Position numbers and translations under genes: made by a program. A model generated the notes under the pieces. It was not told where the DNA came from. It made no database searches and saw only the letters and a list, made by a program, of their open reading frames with translations. Positions 1 to 13,575 of a stretch of DNA of 64,000 bases are shown here, piece by piece (position 1 is the stretch's first letter; every line of letters begins with the position of its first letter). The stretch comes from Felis catus (lineage: Eukaryota). The stretch lies in NCBI RefSeq assembly GCF_018350175.1, contig NC_058368.1, positions 146,942,001 to 147,006,000 of the forward strand. Reading direction: 5' to 3'.

Positions 1-292
1 AATCCAAACAACATACTTAAACCACACTGCACAGGTCCACTTATACACGGAGTTTTTTGTTTCAATAAATACAGTACAGCACTGTAAATGTATATTCTCT
101 TCTGATTTTTAAACCTTTTTCACTAGCTTACTTTATTGCCTAAACACATATGTATATATAATACATAAACAGATGATTAACACATTTTGTATATTTTATC
201 AGTAAAGCTTCTGGTCAAAAATAGGCTCTTAGCAGTTACATTTTGGGGGAATGACAAGTGGTGCATGGATTTTTGGCTTGGGGGGGGCTTAG
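1..292. mobile_element. Tigger2/MER8-like TcMar-Tigger non-autonomous DNA transposon remnant, partial
   Basis: GGTCCACTTATACACGGAGTTTTTT near the start and CTTCTGGTCAAAAATAGGCTCTTAGCAGTTACATTTTGGGGGA near the end resemble Tigger2-family subterminal sequences as I recall them; the TIRs are incomplete. Confidence 0.65.
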
Positions 293-2819
293 TTACAATA
301 ATAACATCGACAATGAATTAAAAACAAAAGGCTCAAAATAGGATAAACGTAAAAAAGCTCAAAATGGGATGGATTGGGTCATAGGATGGAAATAATAGTC
401 TTCACTTATTTCACTTATTTTGCTTTCACTCATTACTATTAAGTAACAAGACTCATTTGAAAACCCCTTTGCACACTTATAAAAAATTTTCCCTTGGAGA
501 AAATACTCCCCTCCAGTTTTTAAGAATAAATCATGTCTGGATAGTAAGATGGCAGCATAGTAGGAGGACCCTAGCCTTGTCTTGTCCCTGCAACACAAGT
601 AGGTAGCTATCAAATCTTTCTAAATACCACCAGAAACCATTCTGAGGACTAAAAGAACAAACTGCACATCCAAAGGGAGAGAAGAAGCCACATAGAGGAA
701 GGTAGGAAGTGTGGAGATGTGGCTTAGAGGAGAAATGGATTCCAAGTGCTACAGACAGGAAGGAGCCCTTGTCACAGAGAAAGGCTAGAAAGTGGAGTCT
801 GCAGGAAAGGAAAACATTTCCCCAAAGCCAGCGGCTGCAAAAATGAGAGGGGTTGATTTTCTTGCAACCAGCAGGGTTTAAAGACTGCAGTTTTAAATAA
901 AAGCCAACAGGCTTGCCTGGGATAGAGCCCTGGGCATGCTCCACTACTTGTAGAGAGAAATCAGGCAAACCACCCAGGGGGCAGAAGGCTTTGAAACAGT
1001 GACCTGAGAAATGCCTGGGATACACAGAGGGGAGATTATTTGCTCCTCTTGGAGTGAGTTGCTGAGAGGTAGTGTTAATGGGATGCCTCTCTGGAAACAA
1101 AGGAGCTAGCTCTTGCCACTGCCCTCCCCCACGTCTCAGCATAAACATAGAACTACCTGTATTAAGCAGCAAAACACTGACACTTGCTGTCTACCCTGTT
1201 TGTTCCAAGTCCCATACTCCTGCATCATGGTGTGACTGCCCTTCTGAGTCAAGCTTGCCTCAGTCCCAGTATGTCAAGATCCTTCCCCAAAAGACCAGCA
1301 GAAACCCCTAACCACACCACATGTCCTGACCAGAATCCTGCAAAGCTTTGCGTTTGTGGAAGTAGAATCAGGTCTCATTTAACAAGCAGACCACAGCATA
1401 TCTAGTTATAACTTGCCATATTCTGGGCAAAAAGCAAACACTACCCATTTCAGGCAAGGAGAGCCTCTAGGGATGATTGGCCTGAAGGATAGAGAAGCCA
1501 AAACACAAGAGTAAAGCACATGCAGCCCACACCATAGGCATTCCCTGAAGCATCAGACCCAGGACACTATATGACCTCTTCTTCATAAAGCCATTACTCT
1601 CAGGAGCAGGGACAATAATGGGTTTTTCTAACATACAAAAGAAGATAGAGACTTAGACAAAATGCCGGGATGGAGGACTTCATCCCAAATTAAAGAACTA
1701 GATAAGGTCACAGCCAGAGATCTAAGTGAAACAGATACAAATAACATGCCTGATGGAGAGTTTAAAGCAACAATCTAAGGATAGCGGCTGGGCTTGAGAA
1801 GAGAATGGAAGACTTCAGGGAAAACCTTACTGCAGAGATAAGAGTTAAAGAATCAGAAATGAAAGAAAACAATAACTGATATTGAAAATAGGCTTGATGC
1901 AATCAACAGAAGGATGCAAGAAAGAGGAATGAATAAGTGATAAAAAGGACAAAATAATGGAAAATGATAAAGGTGAAAAAAGAGAAGTATTATGGAACAT
2001 GAGAATAGACTTAGGGAACTCAGTGACTCCATCAAAAGTAATAACATTCATATTATAGGAGTCCTAGAAGAAAAAGAAGAGAGAGAAAAGGGGCAGAAAA
2101 TTTGAGGAAATAATAGCTGAAAATGTTCCCTAATCATGGGAAGGAAACAGACATCTAGATCCAGGAGGCACAGAGAACTCCCATCAAAACCAATAAAAGC
2201 AGGCCTACAGCAAGACATATTGCAATTAAATTGGCAAAATGTAGTGATAAGGAAAAAAATCTTAAAAGCAGTAGCAAAAGAAGTTATTAACTTATAAGGG
2301 AAGACTCATAAGGTTACCTGCAGATTTCTCAACAGAAACTTGGCAAGAAAGAAGAGAGTGGCAAGATATATTTAACATGCTGAATGGGAAAGATACGCAG
2401 CCAGGAATACTCTTACACAACAAGGCTATCATTCAGAATAGAAGGAGAGATAACCAGTTTCCCAGACCAACAAAAACTAAAGGATTCATGACCACTAAAT
2501 CAGCCCTGCAAGAGTATTAAAAGGACTCATTGAGAGCAAAGGAAAGACCAAAAGTGACAAAGAGAAAGGAACAGAGAAAATCTCCCGAAACAATGACAAA
2601 ATAAGTAATAAAATAGCAGTAAATATACATCTACCAATAATTACTCTGAATGTAAGTGGACAAAACACAAGATCCATCTATATGATGCCTATAAGAGTCT
2701 CATTTTAGACCTAAAGACGCCGATTGAAAGTGAAGGCATGGAGAAACATTTATCATGCAAATGGACATCAAAAGCAAGCCGGAGTAGTAATACTTATATC
2801 AGACAAACTAGAGTTGAAG

Positions 2820-3006
2820 TTTTTTTAAATACTTATTTTTGAGAGAGAGACCAAGTGTGAACAGGGGAGGGGCACAGATTAGGAAGCAGGCTCCAGGCTC
2901 TGAGCTGTCAGCACAGAGCCCGACATGGGGCTTGAACCCATGAACCATGAGATCATGACCTGAGCCAAAGTCAGACACTCAACTGACTGAGCCATGCAGG
3001 CACCCC
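2820..3006 (-). mobile_element. CAN-SINE (SINEC) inserted in L1 ORF2
   Basis: T tail, (GA)n, GCAGGCTCCAGGCTCTGAGC, ends CAGGCACCCC; degenerate AGACAAA(A)CTA flanking duplication. Confidence 0.9.
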
Positions 3007-3659
3007 TAAGACAAAATCTACTGTAAGCCAAAGACTGAACAAGAGCATTTTATCACCATAAAGGGGACAATCCAATAAGAAGATGTAACAATTCTAATTA
3101 TGCCACCAATATGGAGTACCCAAATATATAAAGCAATAACAAACATAAAGGAACTCATTGATGATACATTAATAGTAGAGGACTTTAACACCCCATCTAC
3201 TCATCAGTGGGCAGATAATCTAAGCAGAAATACAATAAAAAAGCAATGGCTTTGAGTGACACACTGGACCAGATGGACTTAACAGATATATTCAGAACAT
3301 TTCATCCTAAAGCAGCAGAATATACATTCTTTTCAAGTGCACCTGGGACATTCTCCAGAAAAGATTACACAAATCAGGTCTCAACAAGTACAAAAAGATT
3401 GAGATCATATCATTCATATTTCCTACCCACAATTCTATAAAACTTGAAGCCCATTACAAGAAAAAAAATTGGAAAGACCACAAATACATGGAGGTTAAAC
3501 CACATACTACTAAACAATGAATGGGTCACCAGGAAAAAAAAGAAATTAAGAAAAAAATACATGGAAACAAATGAAAACACAATTGTCCAAAACCTTTGCG
3601 ATGCAACCAGAGTGGTCCTAAAAGGAAGGAACATAGCTATACAGGTGCATACCTCAAGA

Positions 3660-3693
<34 letters not shown>

Positions 3694-4320
3694 AAAGAAA
3701 AAAAAAATCTGAAACAACCTAATCTTACACCTAGACTTTTGTCTGATTATTATGGCCACAATTTCCAGTATTATATTAAATAACAGTGGTGAGAGTGGAA
3801 ATCCCTGTTTTCTTTCTGGCTGTAAAAGCTCTCAGTTTTTCCCCATTGAGGGTGGGGACAAATAAAGCCCACAGCCAGCAGAAGGAAGGAAGTATTAAAG
3901 ATTAGAGCAGAAATAAATGATATAGGAACTAAAAAAACAATAGAATAGATTAATGAAACCAGAAACTGGTTCTTGAAAAAAATTATTAACATTGATAAAC
4001 CCCTAACCATACTTATCCAAAAGAAAATAAAAAGGACCCAAATAAATAAAATCACAAATGGAAGGAGAAATAACAACACCACAGAAATACAAAAATTATA
4101 AGAGAATATTATGAAAAACTATATGCTAACAAATTGGACAACCTGGAAGAAATGGATAAATTCCTAGAAACATATAAACTATCAAAACTGAAACAGGAAT
4201 AAATAGAAATCTGGAACAAACTGATAACCAGCAAAGACATTGAATTAGTAATAAAAATATCTCCCAACAAACCGAAGTCCAGGTCCAGATGGCTTCACAG
4301 GTGTTTCTACCTAACATTTA

Positions 4321-4525
4321 TAATTTTTTAAAAATGTTTTTATTTATTTTTGAAGGATAGAGAATATGAGGGGGGGAGGAGCAGAGAGAGAGGGAGACAC
4401 AGAATTCAAAGCAGGCTCTAAGCTGTCAGCACAGAGCCTGATGCGGGGCTTGAACTCACGAACTGTGAGATCATGACCTGAGCCAAAGTTGGACACTTAA
4501 CTGACTGAGCCACCCAGGTGCCCCC
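4321..4525 (-). mobile_element. CAN-SINE inserted in L1 ORF2
   Basis: Reverse-strand SINEC body ending GAGCCACCCAGGTGCCCC. Confidence 0.9.
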
Positions 4526-4903
4526 CACCTTTTAAAGACGTGTTAATACCTATTCTTCTCAAACTATTCCAAAAAAATAGAAATGGAAGGAAAACTTCCA
4601 AATTCATTCTATGAGTCCAGAATTACCCTGAAACCAAAACCATATTAAGCCTCCCCTAAAAAAAAAAAACAAAAAACAAAACAAACAAACAAAACAAAAC
4701 AAAACACAAACAAAAAACTACAGACCAATATCCCTGAGTAACATGGATACAAAAAATCTCAATAAAATCCTAGCAAATCAAATCCAACAGTATATTAAAA
4801 GAATCATTCATGATCAAGTGGGGTTTATTTCTGGGCTGCAACAATGGTTCAATATCCATAAATCAATCAACGTGATACACCACAGTTATAAAAGAAAGGG
4901 TAA

Positions 4904-5133
4904 GGGGCGCCTGGGTGGCGCAGTCAGTTAAGCATCCGACTTCAGCCAGGTCACGATCTCGCGGTCCGTGAGTTCGAGCCCCGCATCAGGCTCTGGGCTG
5001 ATGGCTCAGAGCCTGGAGCCTATTTCTGATTCTGTGTCTCCCTCTCTCTCTGCCCCTCGCCTGTTCATGCTCTCTCTCTCTGTCCCAAAAATAAATAAAA
5101 AAACGTTGAAAAAAAAAAACTTAAAAAAAAAAA
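4904..5133 (+). mobile_element. Young felid CAN-SINE (SINEC_Fc-like) in L1 ORF2
   Basis: GGGGCGCCTGGGTGGCGCAGTC head, CpG-rich, (CT)n, A tail; TSD about ATAAAAGAAAGG(G)TAAG. Confidence 0.95.
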
Positions 5134-6912
5134 ATAAAAGAAAGGTAAGACCCATATGATCCTCTCAGTAGATGCAGAAAAAGCATTTGACAAAGTGCAA
5201 CATCGATTCATAAAAGCCCTCATAAAGTAGGTTTAGGGGGAACATACCTCAACATCATGAAGGACATCTATGAAAAAGCCACTGTTAATTAATATCAACC
5301 TCAGTGGGGAAAAATTGAGAGCGTTTCCTCTACAGCCAGAAAGAAGATAGGGATTTCCACTCTCACCACTGTTATTTAACACAGTACTGGAAATCCTAGC
5401 CATACCAATAAGACAATACAAAGAAATAAAAGGCATTCAAATCAGCTAGGAAGAAGTCAAACCTTCACTATTTGCAGATAACATGATACAGTATATAGAA
5501 AACCCAAAAGACTCCACCAAAAAACTGATAGAACTGATACCCAAATTCAGTAAAGTCGCAGAATACAAAATCAACATACAGGCATCTTTTGCATTTCTAT
5601 GTATCAATAATGCAGCAGCAAAAAGAGAAAACAAGGAATTGATCCCACTCAACACCTGTAAGATAACTAGGAATAAATGTAACCAAAGAGATGAAAGATC
5701 TGTACTCTGAAAATTATAAAACACTAATGAAAGAAATTGAAGATGACACAAAGAAATGGAAAAAAAATGCCATGCTCATGGATTGAAAGGGCAAATATTG
5801 TTAAAATGTCTTTATTTCCCAAAGCAATCTACACATTTAATGCAATCTCTATCAAAATATGACCAGCATTTTTCACAGAGCTAAAACAAGTAATCCTAAA
5901 ATTTGTATGGAACCACACATGACCCTGAATAACCAAAGCAACCTTAAAGAAGAAAAGAAAGGCTAGAGGCATCAAGTTTCTGGACATCAAGTTCTATTAC
6001 AAAGCTGTAGTTATCAAAACAGTATGATACTGGCACAAAAATAAACACATAAAACAATGGGACAGAATAAAAACCCAGAAAGGAACCACAACTATTCAGC
6101 CCATGAATTTTTGACAAAGCGGGAAAGATTATACAATGGGCCAAAGACAGTCTCTCCCACAAATAGTGTTGGGAAAACTAGATAGCAACATGAGGAAGAA
6201 CGAAAAGTTGACCACTCTCTCATACCCTACACAGAAATAAATTCAAAATGGATGAGAGACCTAAATGTGAGACTTGAAACCATTAATAATCCTAGATGAG
6301 AACACAGGCAGTAACCTCTTTGACACTGGCTGTAGCAATTTCTTACTAGACATGTCTCCTAAGGCAGGGGATATAAAGGCAAAAATAAACTATTGGGGCT
6401 TCAAAATAAAAAGCTGCTGCACAGTGGAGGTAACAATCAAAACTAAAAGGCAGTGTATGGACTGGGAGGAGATACTTGCAAATGACATGCCCGCTGATGG
6501 GTTAGTATCCAAATATAAAACGAACTTAGAAAACTCAACATCCAAAAAATGTATAATCCAATTTAAAAAATGAGAAGACATGAATAGACATTTTTCCAAA
6601 GAAGACATGCAGATGGTGAATAAACACATGAACACGTACTCAACATCACTCATCACAAGGGAAATACAAATCAAAATTATAATGAGGTACCACCTCACAC
6701 CTGTGAGAATAGCTAACATTAACAACACAAACAAAATGTGTGGGCAAAGATGCCGAGAAAGGGGAACACTTTTACACTGTTGATGGGAATGCAAATTGGT
6801 GCAGCCACTCTGGAAAACAGTACCGAGTTTCCTCAAAAAGTTAACAATAGAACTACTCTACAATCCAGCAATTGCACTTACTATGTATTTACCTTAAGAA
6901 TGAAAAAATACA

Positions 6913-7130
6913 GGGGCGCCTGGGTGGCTCAGTCGGTTAAGCGTCGGACTTCAGCTCAGGTCACGGTCTCACGGTCCGTGAGTTTGAGCCCCGCGTCGGG
7001 CTCTGGGCTGATGGCTCAGAGCCTGGAGCCTGCTTCCGATTCTGTGTCTCCCTCTCTCTCTGCCCCTCCCCCGTTCATGCTCTGTCTCTCTCTGTCTCAA
7101 AAATAAATAAACGTTAAAAAAAATTAAAAA
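6913..7130 (+). mobile_element. Young felid CAN-SINE in L1 ORF2 3' end
   Basis: Full SINE with a perfect 16-bp TSD AAGAATGAAAAAATAC (6896-6911 / 7131-7146). Confidence 0.97.
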
Positions 7131-7185
7131 AAGAATGAAAAAATACTAATTCAGAGGTATACATCACCCAATGTTTATAGCAACA

Positions 7186-7277
7186 GCGCGGAGCCTGCTT
7201 GGGATATTCCCTCTCTCTCCCTCTCTCCCGTCTCTCTTTCTCTCTCTACAAAATAAACAAACATTAAAAAAAAAAAA
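7186..7277 (+). mobile_element. 5'-truncated CAN-SINE (3' half)
   Basis: GGAGCCTGCTTGGGAT, (CT)n, AAAATAAACAAACATTAAAAAA tail. Confidence 0.85.
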
Positions 7278-10200
7278 CCCTTTGGCATTCTTTGAACAAT
7301 TTTAAAACTTACCATTTAACAAGAGAGAGAGTCTGTGTTAATACCCTCTGTGCTTTCAGAGAAATTAACACTTCAGCTGATGTCAATACTTTTTTTTTTT
7401 TTTTTCTTGTAGTGATGGTCTTGCTCAAATTCAAGTTTTAAAGCAACTTTTCTAAATGCACATCCATAAAACATTTATGGACTCTAATGAAGATGTATTA
7501 TAGGAAATGTCTAAACTACCCAGTTTGGGGGAAAAAGACAAAGCAAAACTTAAATGCAAGGGGATGAAATAGATGAATGTATGTGGTTGACATTATCATT
7601 CACTTTTTTTTTTCAGTGTTCAGATTAGAGCTTTCTTTACAGCATGCCATAAATACATATTTCTATTTTATAATGTATGTGCTACTGCACCATAGGTGAC
7701 CAAAGGGAGTTTTTCTTGCTGACTGCTAACAGTGCTGGAAATGAAAGGGGATGTAGACCTTGGATATATTATCAATCCTGGGGAGATTAATCTGTTTTGA
7801 ATTGAGGGTCTCCATTGCTCCGAGATTGGTCTGGGTCAGTACAATTATAAGGTCAAACCTGAGAGAGAAGGATCCAGAAGCTGGGGGAGGGATAATAAGC
7901 ACAAAGCTGGAGACAAATTTAGCCAGTCAGTGACAGTGGTATGCTCTGACCTGGAATGGTATTTTAGATAACTGCTCTATTCTTCTTTCCTTTAAATGTG
8001 AAGCAACATTGTAATTGGATAGCATAAATTTCCAAGTCTCCATTTTGGCTATGGGGAACAGCGTACAAAATCTGATTCGATTTTACATTTGGCTTTTCTC
8101 TTTTTTTGTTTGTTTCTTTTGTTTCCCCTCTTTGAGTCAAGGGAATTATATATGAACACTAATTGTCTAGGGGTTAGAGATATCTATTATTAATCACCAG
8201 TGAGTTCAGAAGTACAACCTATTTTAGGATCTGCACTCTAATTTCCTAATTTTCCTTTGGGTAGGGAGAGAACCAACCAATGGCACAAATTACAATTCTT
8301 GTTCCACAAGGGAAAACAATGTCCAAGGATCAATTGTTTTTCTTTGATCACCAAAAATAATGAGATCTCCAGCTGGTCAGTTTCCATTACGGATTTCCCT
8401 CCTAATGCAAAAGCTGAGAAGGGGAAGGTATGTTTAATACCTCTAGGATAGAGACAATATTAGCCTGCAGTCTACTGGGAAGCAAGCACATACGTGCCAG
8501 AGAGGACTCTATGGGAAGGATCTGATGGCACTTTTTAAATTCCCTATAATCTGCAATGCATGGTACTTCTTTATCTTACTGTTTTATATTTACCAACCCC
8601 AAACCTAAATAGTCTGGCAGTTTTCTAGTTAATCTGATTATTTTAGGCAGCCAGATTAAGTAATTCAGTTCCCAGATGGAATATGATGGACCCAAATGAC
8701 CTGGTTTGGTGACTTGCAATCCTCTAGTTGACATCCATATAGCCAAATCTCCACATCATGGCAGTTTTACAACGCTTGGAACCACTGCTTTGAGTATCAG
8801 TTCCATCAGCCAGCAAGGCTGGCTCTTGCTCTTGTTAAGTTTAGTTGCACATGTGTTGCTTGCTCACATCCTCCTTTACTGCCAAAAAATCCAGTTAGAG
8901 AAATAGATAAAAGATAGTGGGATTGTTAAAGATGGCTTTTTGAAGGTTGTGCAGAGTCATGCTTTCATAGTGAAGGAGGAACAGGAAAAGTGATAATTTC
9001 CATTTTTTCCTCAGCCTCACTGGGGACTTGAGTTAAAGTAGCCGAAGGATTAACGTGGCATCAGCACTCTGATTGGGTCTAATCCTTCTCAGGAATCCTA
9101 TTAGAGTTTTCACTTGCACAGTCCTGGGGAGACAGCAAGGCTGCCCCACAGCCCCCCCTCCCTGGCATGTTCTGGTTGGCCAGGCTGCCAACCAGAGTGG
9201 CCCAGAGCCCGGGCCGAGTGGCCAGAGCTGCCCCAGCTTGGCTGTGGAGACAGACAGAGTCTGCAACTCAGCACAGCCCTGGTTCCAGGCATTTTTGGCT
9301 GTGTAGATATAATTTCTGTTTTCAAAAATATCCCTGAAGCAAGCAGTGAGCAGTCCATAAGAGATCTTTTGTAGATTTTCCCTCTCCTTCTGTATTATCC
9401 ATATCTAAGAGGGGTTTTGTTTTTGTTTTGTTTTCCATAGTATTAGTTTCAAGGAGAACACTCAAAAGGGAGTAAAGCTGAGACACTGAATTGTTGTGAG
9501 AACTGAATTGGAGGAATCAAGTCACAGATGAGCTTTTACCTCAAGAATTTTCGTCATTGCTGCCCTTGGAACTGCAAACCACCCGGGAACACACCATATA
9601 AAGAAGCATGTTTATAAAGAATGAATTTGCCACTAGAACTTGAACATAAAAAATGAATGTGCAGTCCTAAGCAATTTTAATCTCATAACCAAGGGAATAA
9701 AATCACCTAATATCTTTATCTAAAATCTAACAGCAGGTATGTATAAGAAGAAAACCAACATGAAAAACAGTGAAAAAAGACAAAAAAAAAAAAAAGAAAT
9801 TGCCTTAAATTACAGCCAAACTTGTATTACATATTAGAAACTAATTCTAACTGAAATATTTGAGGAAAAACAATGCTATATGGCTGTCAGAAAACTTTTA
9901 AAATAAGTATATAGATAAAATCTTACCTAAAGTTTTCAGAATGACAAGTTTATGTAGAAACAGAGGTGGGAACTAGGTGTTTTTAGGGGTCCTTTGAAAA
10001 TCTGTAATTTGATAGTTTCTGTCTTTGATAGTCTACATGCCTTGTGTTGCTGGGAGAATAAAATACCAAAAAACACACTCGTCTCTTCCTATTCTTTATT
10101 CATTCTTTAATATTAAGAATTTATTCATTCTTCTTGGCCCTTTCAAGAGTGTTCAGGAGAAAGTACTTAAGTTCAGAGCAATACCAAGAATCAGCAATTG

Positions 10201-10334
10201 TGGGCACAATGGAGTGGTGTGCTGGGATTTGCAGATCCTGGATTTCACTATAATTATCTTTCCTTTTTCGTGCAATCTTCCCTCATGCATCTAGTCTGAT
10301 AGCAATCTCAACCCCATCATAATTAGGATAGTTC

Positions 10335-10456
10335 TTTTTTTTTTTTAAGATTTTTATTTTTAAGTAATCTGTACACCCAACATGGGACTCGAACTTACAA
10401 CCCTGAGGTCAAGAGTCAGTCGCGGGCTCCACCAACTGAGCCAGCCAGGTGCCCCC
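10335..10456 (-). mobile_element. Short CAN-SINE variant lacking the CT tract
   Basis: Poly-T, GGGACTCGAAC B-box complement, ends CCAGGTGCCCC; TSD TAGGATAGTT (10324-10333 / 10457-10466). Confidence 0.85.
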
Positions 10457-12994
10457 TAGGATAGTTATTCTTGATAGTAGTTTGGATTTTAAAATCTTGA
10501 AAGGATTCTTGAATTGCTAAATAACTCTACAAAAATGTTTAGTGCAGGAGAAGAGGGAAGTCTACATACCTGCAGGTGTCGGAAGACCAGCAGTGTCTTT
10601 AAGAAAAAGCCCTTGAGAGTGGGACTTATCTAGTAAATACTACTCAAATGAAAGGCTTTTGGAGACATGACCAAAGTGGTCCCAGACACAATCCTCTTTC
10701 TGACTAGAATACCTGTATTTTTTGTCTGGTTCCCAAATAGGTCTTGTCCCTGGTATCAGACTGCTAGCTCTCTGTACATTATCAATAACTACCCCCCCCC
10801 CTTTTTTTTTTTTACTCCTTTTTACCTGTCCCTGTGTTTTCCAGAGGTCTTTGGAATATGGGTCAACATGATATCCATTATATACACATGCAGAGACTTA
10901 GCAGCTTCCTTAACTTCATTTTCATCTTGATGATTGTGACAAAAGGCAAAGAAAATGAAACCAAGGGAACACTGGGTTTGAAGGGTACTGAGGACAGATA
11001 TGCTGGGAACTAATATTAGATACAAAACAAGACACTATTATTTAATGTTCGATCTACAACATGCCAGAATATGCCAGAATACTGAAAACACAGAAACTCA
11101 TTTTCAATGAATAGTTATTTTATCAAAATCAGACTAAATGAGACTGTCAGAAATGCTGCATCCTCCTAGTAATTTCATATGCCATCTGTACTGTGATCCT
11201 TAGCAACGGGTTGTTATTATTAAGTATAAGGTAATGTAAAATGTCTAGAGTGCCCTCATATTCTATGGATAGTTTTAAAAGATAGGCTTTCCATGCTGGC
11301 TGCCAAATAAATAAGCAAACAGAAATTATATAAACAGTAAAAAAACAAGCAAAAGTTGTTACATTAACCTCGCTGAACTGTCATTGCTCTTCATGTTCTA
11401 AACACTGGTATTGAAGTATATTCCATTTGCTATTTTGCCATCAGATAGGCTCCCTTTGGTGCAGTTCCTGGTACTGTGTAGCATTGCTCAACAATTTAAG
11501 TGTTCTCAATATGAAGTGGGCCCAGGGTACAACCCTACAAGCTTACATTCTCTTGAGGAGGATGGAGGGGAGGTGTTTGCTACCAAAACTCAAAGTCTAT
11601 GTAATGGTCCTCTTCAAGTTGCTCCCCAGGGCCAGCTCCAGACAAAAATGTGAAGCAAGTAAAATGTGCTTTTGGTACTCTAAGCTTTCTCATGTTTATG
11701 CTTCCCCATTTGTCAGCATTCACTTCCTTCAGCTTCTTAACCCTGTCAAAATTTACTCTCAGAAAAAGAGCTCCTTCAAGTCTTTTTAACTCATAGTATG
11801 AAATTCCATGTGTCACCTCTCCCAGAATGATTTGTATGTTAATTTATAATGCTAATTATAGAATGAAATGCTGTGCCCCTTTTGAGGAATTCCAGGCATC
11901 AATGGGCAAGTAAAAAAGGGATTCTGAAAGAAACCAAAAAAAGCCATCCCAGCACTCTGGAATACACCTTGAGTTCACACACACACATACACAGTCACAT
12001 AAGGTTAGGTAAAAGGAAACACTAACACATATCCCCTCTTCCAGGTATGTTAGGAGGCATAACAACAATCATTTGTATGTTTCTCATTAAATTCTGTACT
12101 GCATAAAGTCAGACCCAAGCAAGAGGTCAAGTTATTTCATCAAGGTCACACAACTATTCAATATCAGATCCAGGAAAACAAGCTCGGCCATCATCCAGTT
12201 TCTTTTCTCCATGTATTCTAACAATTTTTGTTGATTTGAGTTTGTACTGAAAGTATTAACAGGCCTCATGTCCACACAAAAATATGGAAGAAGCCAAGTG
12301 AGAAAAAATGTAAAATCCTCTCCGAAATCCCAGAGGGAAACCAGACTGATATCAATGTCTGAAGTCTTCATTCATTTTTTCCCCATTTCGAAAGAGACAC
12401 TTCATTTATCATCTTTGTGTCATCTCTTGCTTTGGTTAACGGATGGTGTTACTCTTTGATTACTGACTGATCTTTCATAACTTCCGTGCTATGAGGCATG
12501 AAACATTTCGCATTACAAAACATGACCTTCTCACTATGGAGTAACTAAATATTTATTTCCCTGGAAATGTTCAGCAGGGTCTGGGTGCTTTGTTTTCACA
12601 CTTCCCAACTTTTTCTCTTATATTCATTTCATTATTACTATCAACATTTTGTCATAAATCATTTTCTTGGAGATCATAGGCAAAACGAATCTAGAGTACT
12701 TTCATGAATGTTACTGCATTTTATACTCCCTGTGGAAATGAATGTCCAAGGATTAGATGGACTTATAGGTACTCAGCACAGCGAAGAAGCCCCTGAGGAA
12801 GTTACTTCTAACTGTTTAACATTCCTTCGTCCTTTGCTCCTCCTTAACTACTTATGTTCATGGCAACAAGGAAACATCAATATAATTCCCTACCTCAATT
12901 ATTGCTGTATTAAGCTAAGAGTATTTAACACTACTTAAATAGTTGACTTCCATCAGCAAGGCAAATCATAGAGTTTGAGAACTGTTTTCATTAA

Positions 12995-13575
12995 TGTAGC
13001 AAGTACTAGTGGCCTATTACATATGCCAGGCACTGTTCTCAAGCTTGGAAAATAATGGTGAGTAAAAGAGGTATCTCTGCTCTCCTACAGATTAATTGGG
13101 AGAAAGGTGTTAGTCACATGAGAATGCAGAAGAATGTATGATTAGAAATGGAGGTATGTGCTCTTCAAGAAAGGAAAGGAGAGAGAAGAGTGGGAGGGAG
13201 GGAAAGTTTCTATGGGAGCTTGTAACAAAAGATCCTGGTCTAGAATGAGAATTTGAGGGAGAGAAAGCTGCCAGAGAAAGGAACCTCAGAGCTGAGATCT
13301 GAAGGATGTGGGAGTGAAATCAGAGAAGCCTGGCATTTGGATAAAGAATGGAATTTAAAAACTGAGAGAAGGCAGTTTGGCCAGAGCTCACAGACCAAGT
13401 GAGAGATGGATGATTAATGAGACTGGGGAGATAAGCAAGGGCCAGGCCAGGTAGACATGTGAGCGGAGATGAAGATGTTGTTCTTCACTTCAAGAGCAAT
13501 GAGAAGCTACTGCAGGGTTTTAAGCAAGGGGGTAAAATGATTGATGTACTTTGCATTTTAGAAAAATTACTTTCT
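12995..13575 (-). mobile_element. Ancient LINE-2 remnant
   Basis: TATGCCAGGCACTGTTCT, GAGCTGAGATCTGAAGGATG and GGGTTTTAAGCAAGG motifs typical of antisense L2 3' regions; heavily diverged. Confidence 0.6.

Larger units (their letters stand above)
539..7184 (+). mobile_element. LINE-1 (older carnivore lineage), near full length, disabled, 3'UTR missing
   Basis: 5'UTR starts with AAGATGGC (YY1-type). ORF1 remnant ~1662-2533. ORF2 remnant from ~2612 with EN (LDQMDLTDIFRTFHPKAAEYTFFS), RT ([25 protein letters not shown]) and C-terminal ([11 protein letters not shown]) pieces, broken by many stops and frameshifts. Interrupted by four SINEs; ends abruptly at a truncated SINE. Confidence 0.95.

Noticed and set aside
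531..1172. 213-aa antisense ORF in the L1 5'UTR (ORF0-like idea)
   Set aside because: No recognisable domain; the antisense strand of purine-rich UTRs is stop-poor; the equivalent antisense ORFs in the other two 5'UTRs are unrelated; the host element is heavily decayed.
3444..3722. ORF with a poly-lysine tract
   Set aside because: Expanded A run within decayed L1 ORF2.
9033..9374. GC-richer block with overlapping ORFs and a short GAGTGGCC(C)AGAGC repeat
   Set aside because: No recognisable protein, few CpGs and no clear splice pair; may be regulatory but I cannot support that.
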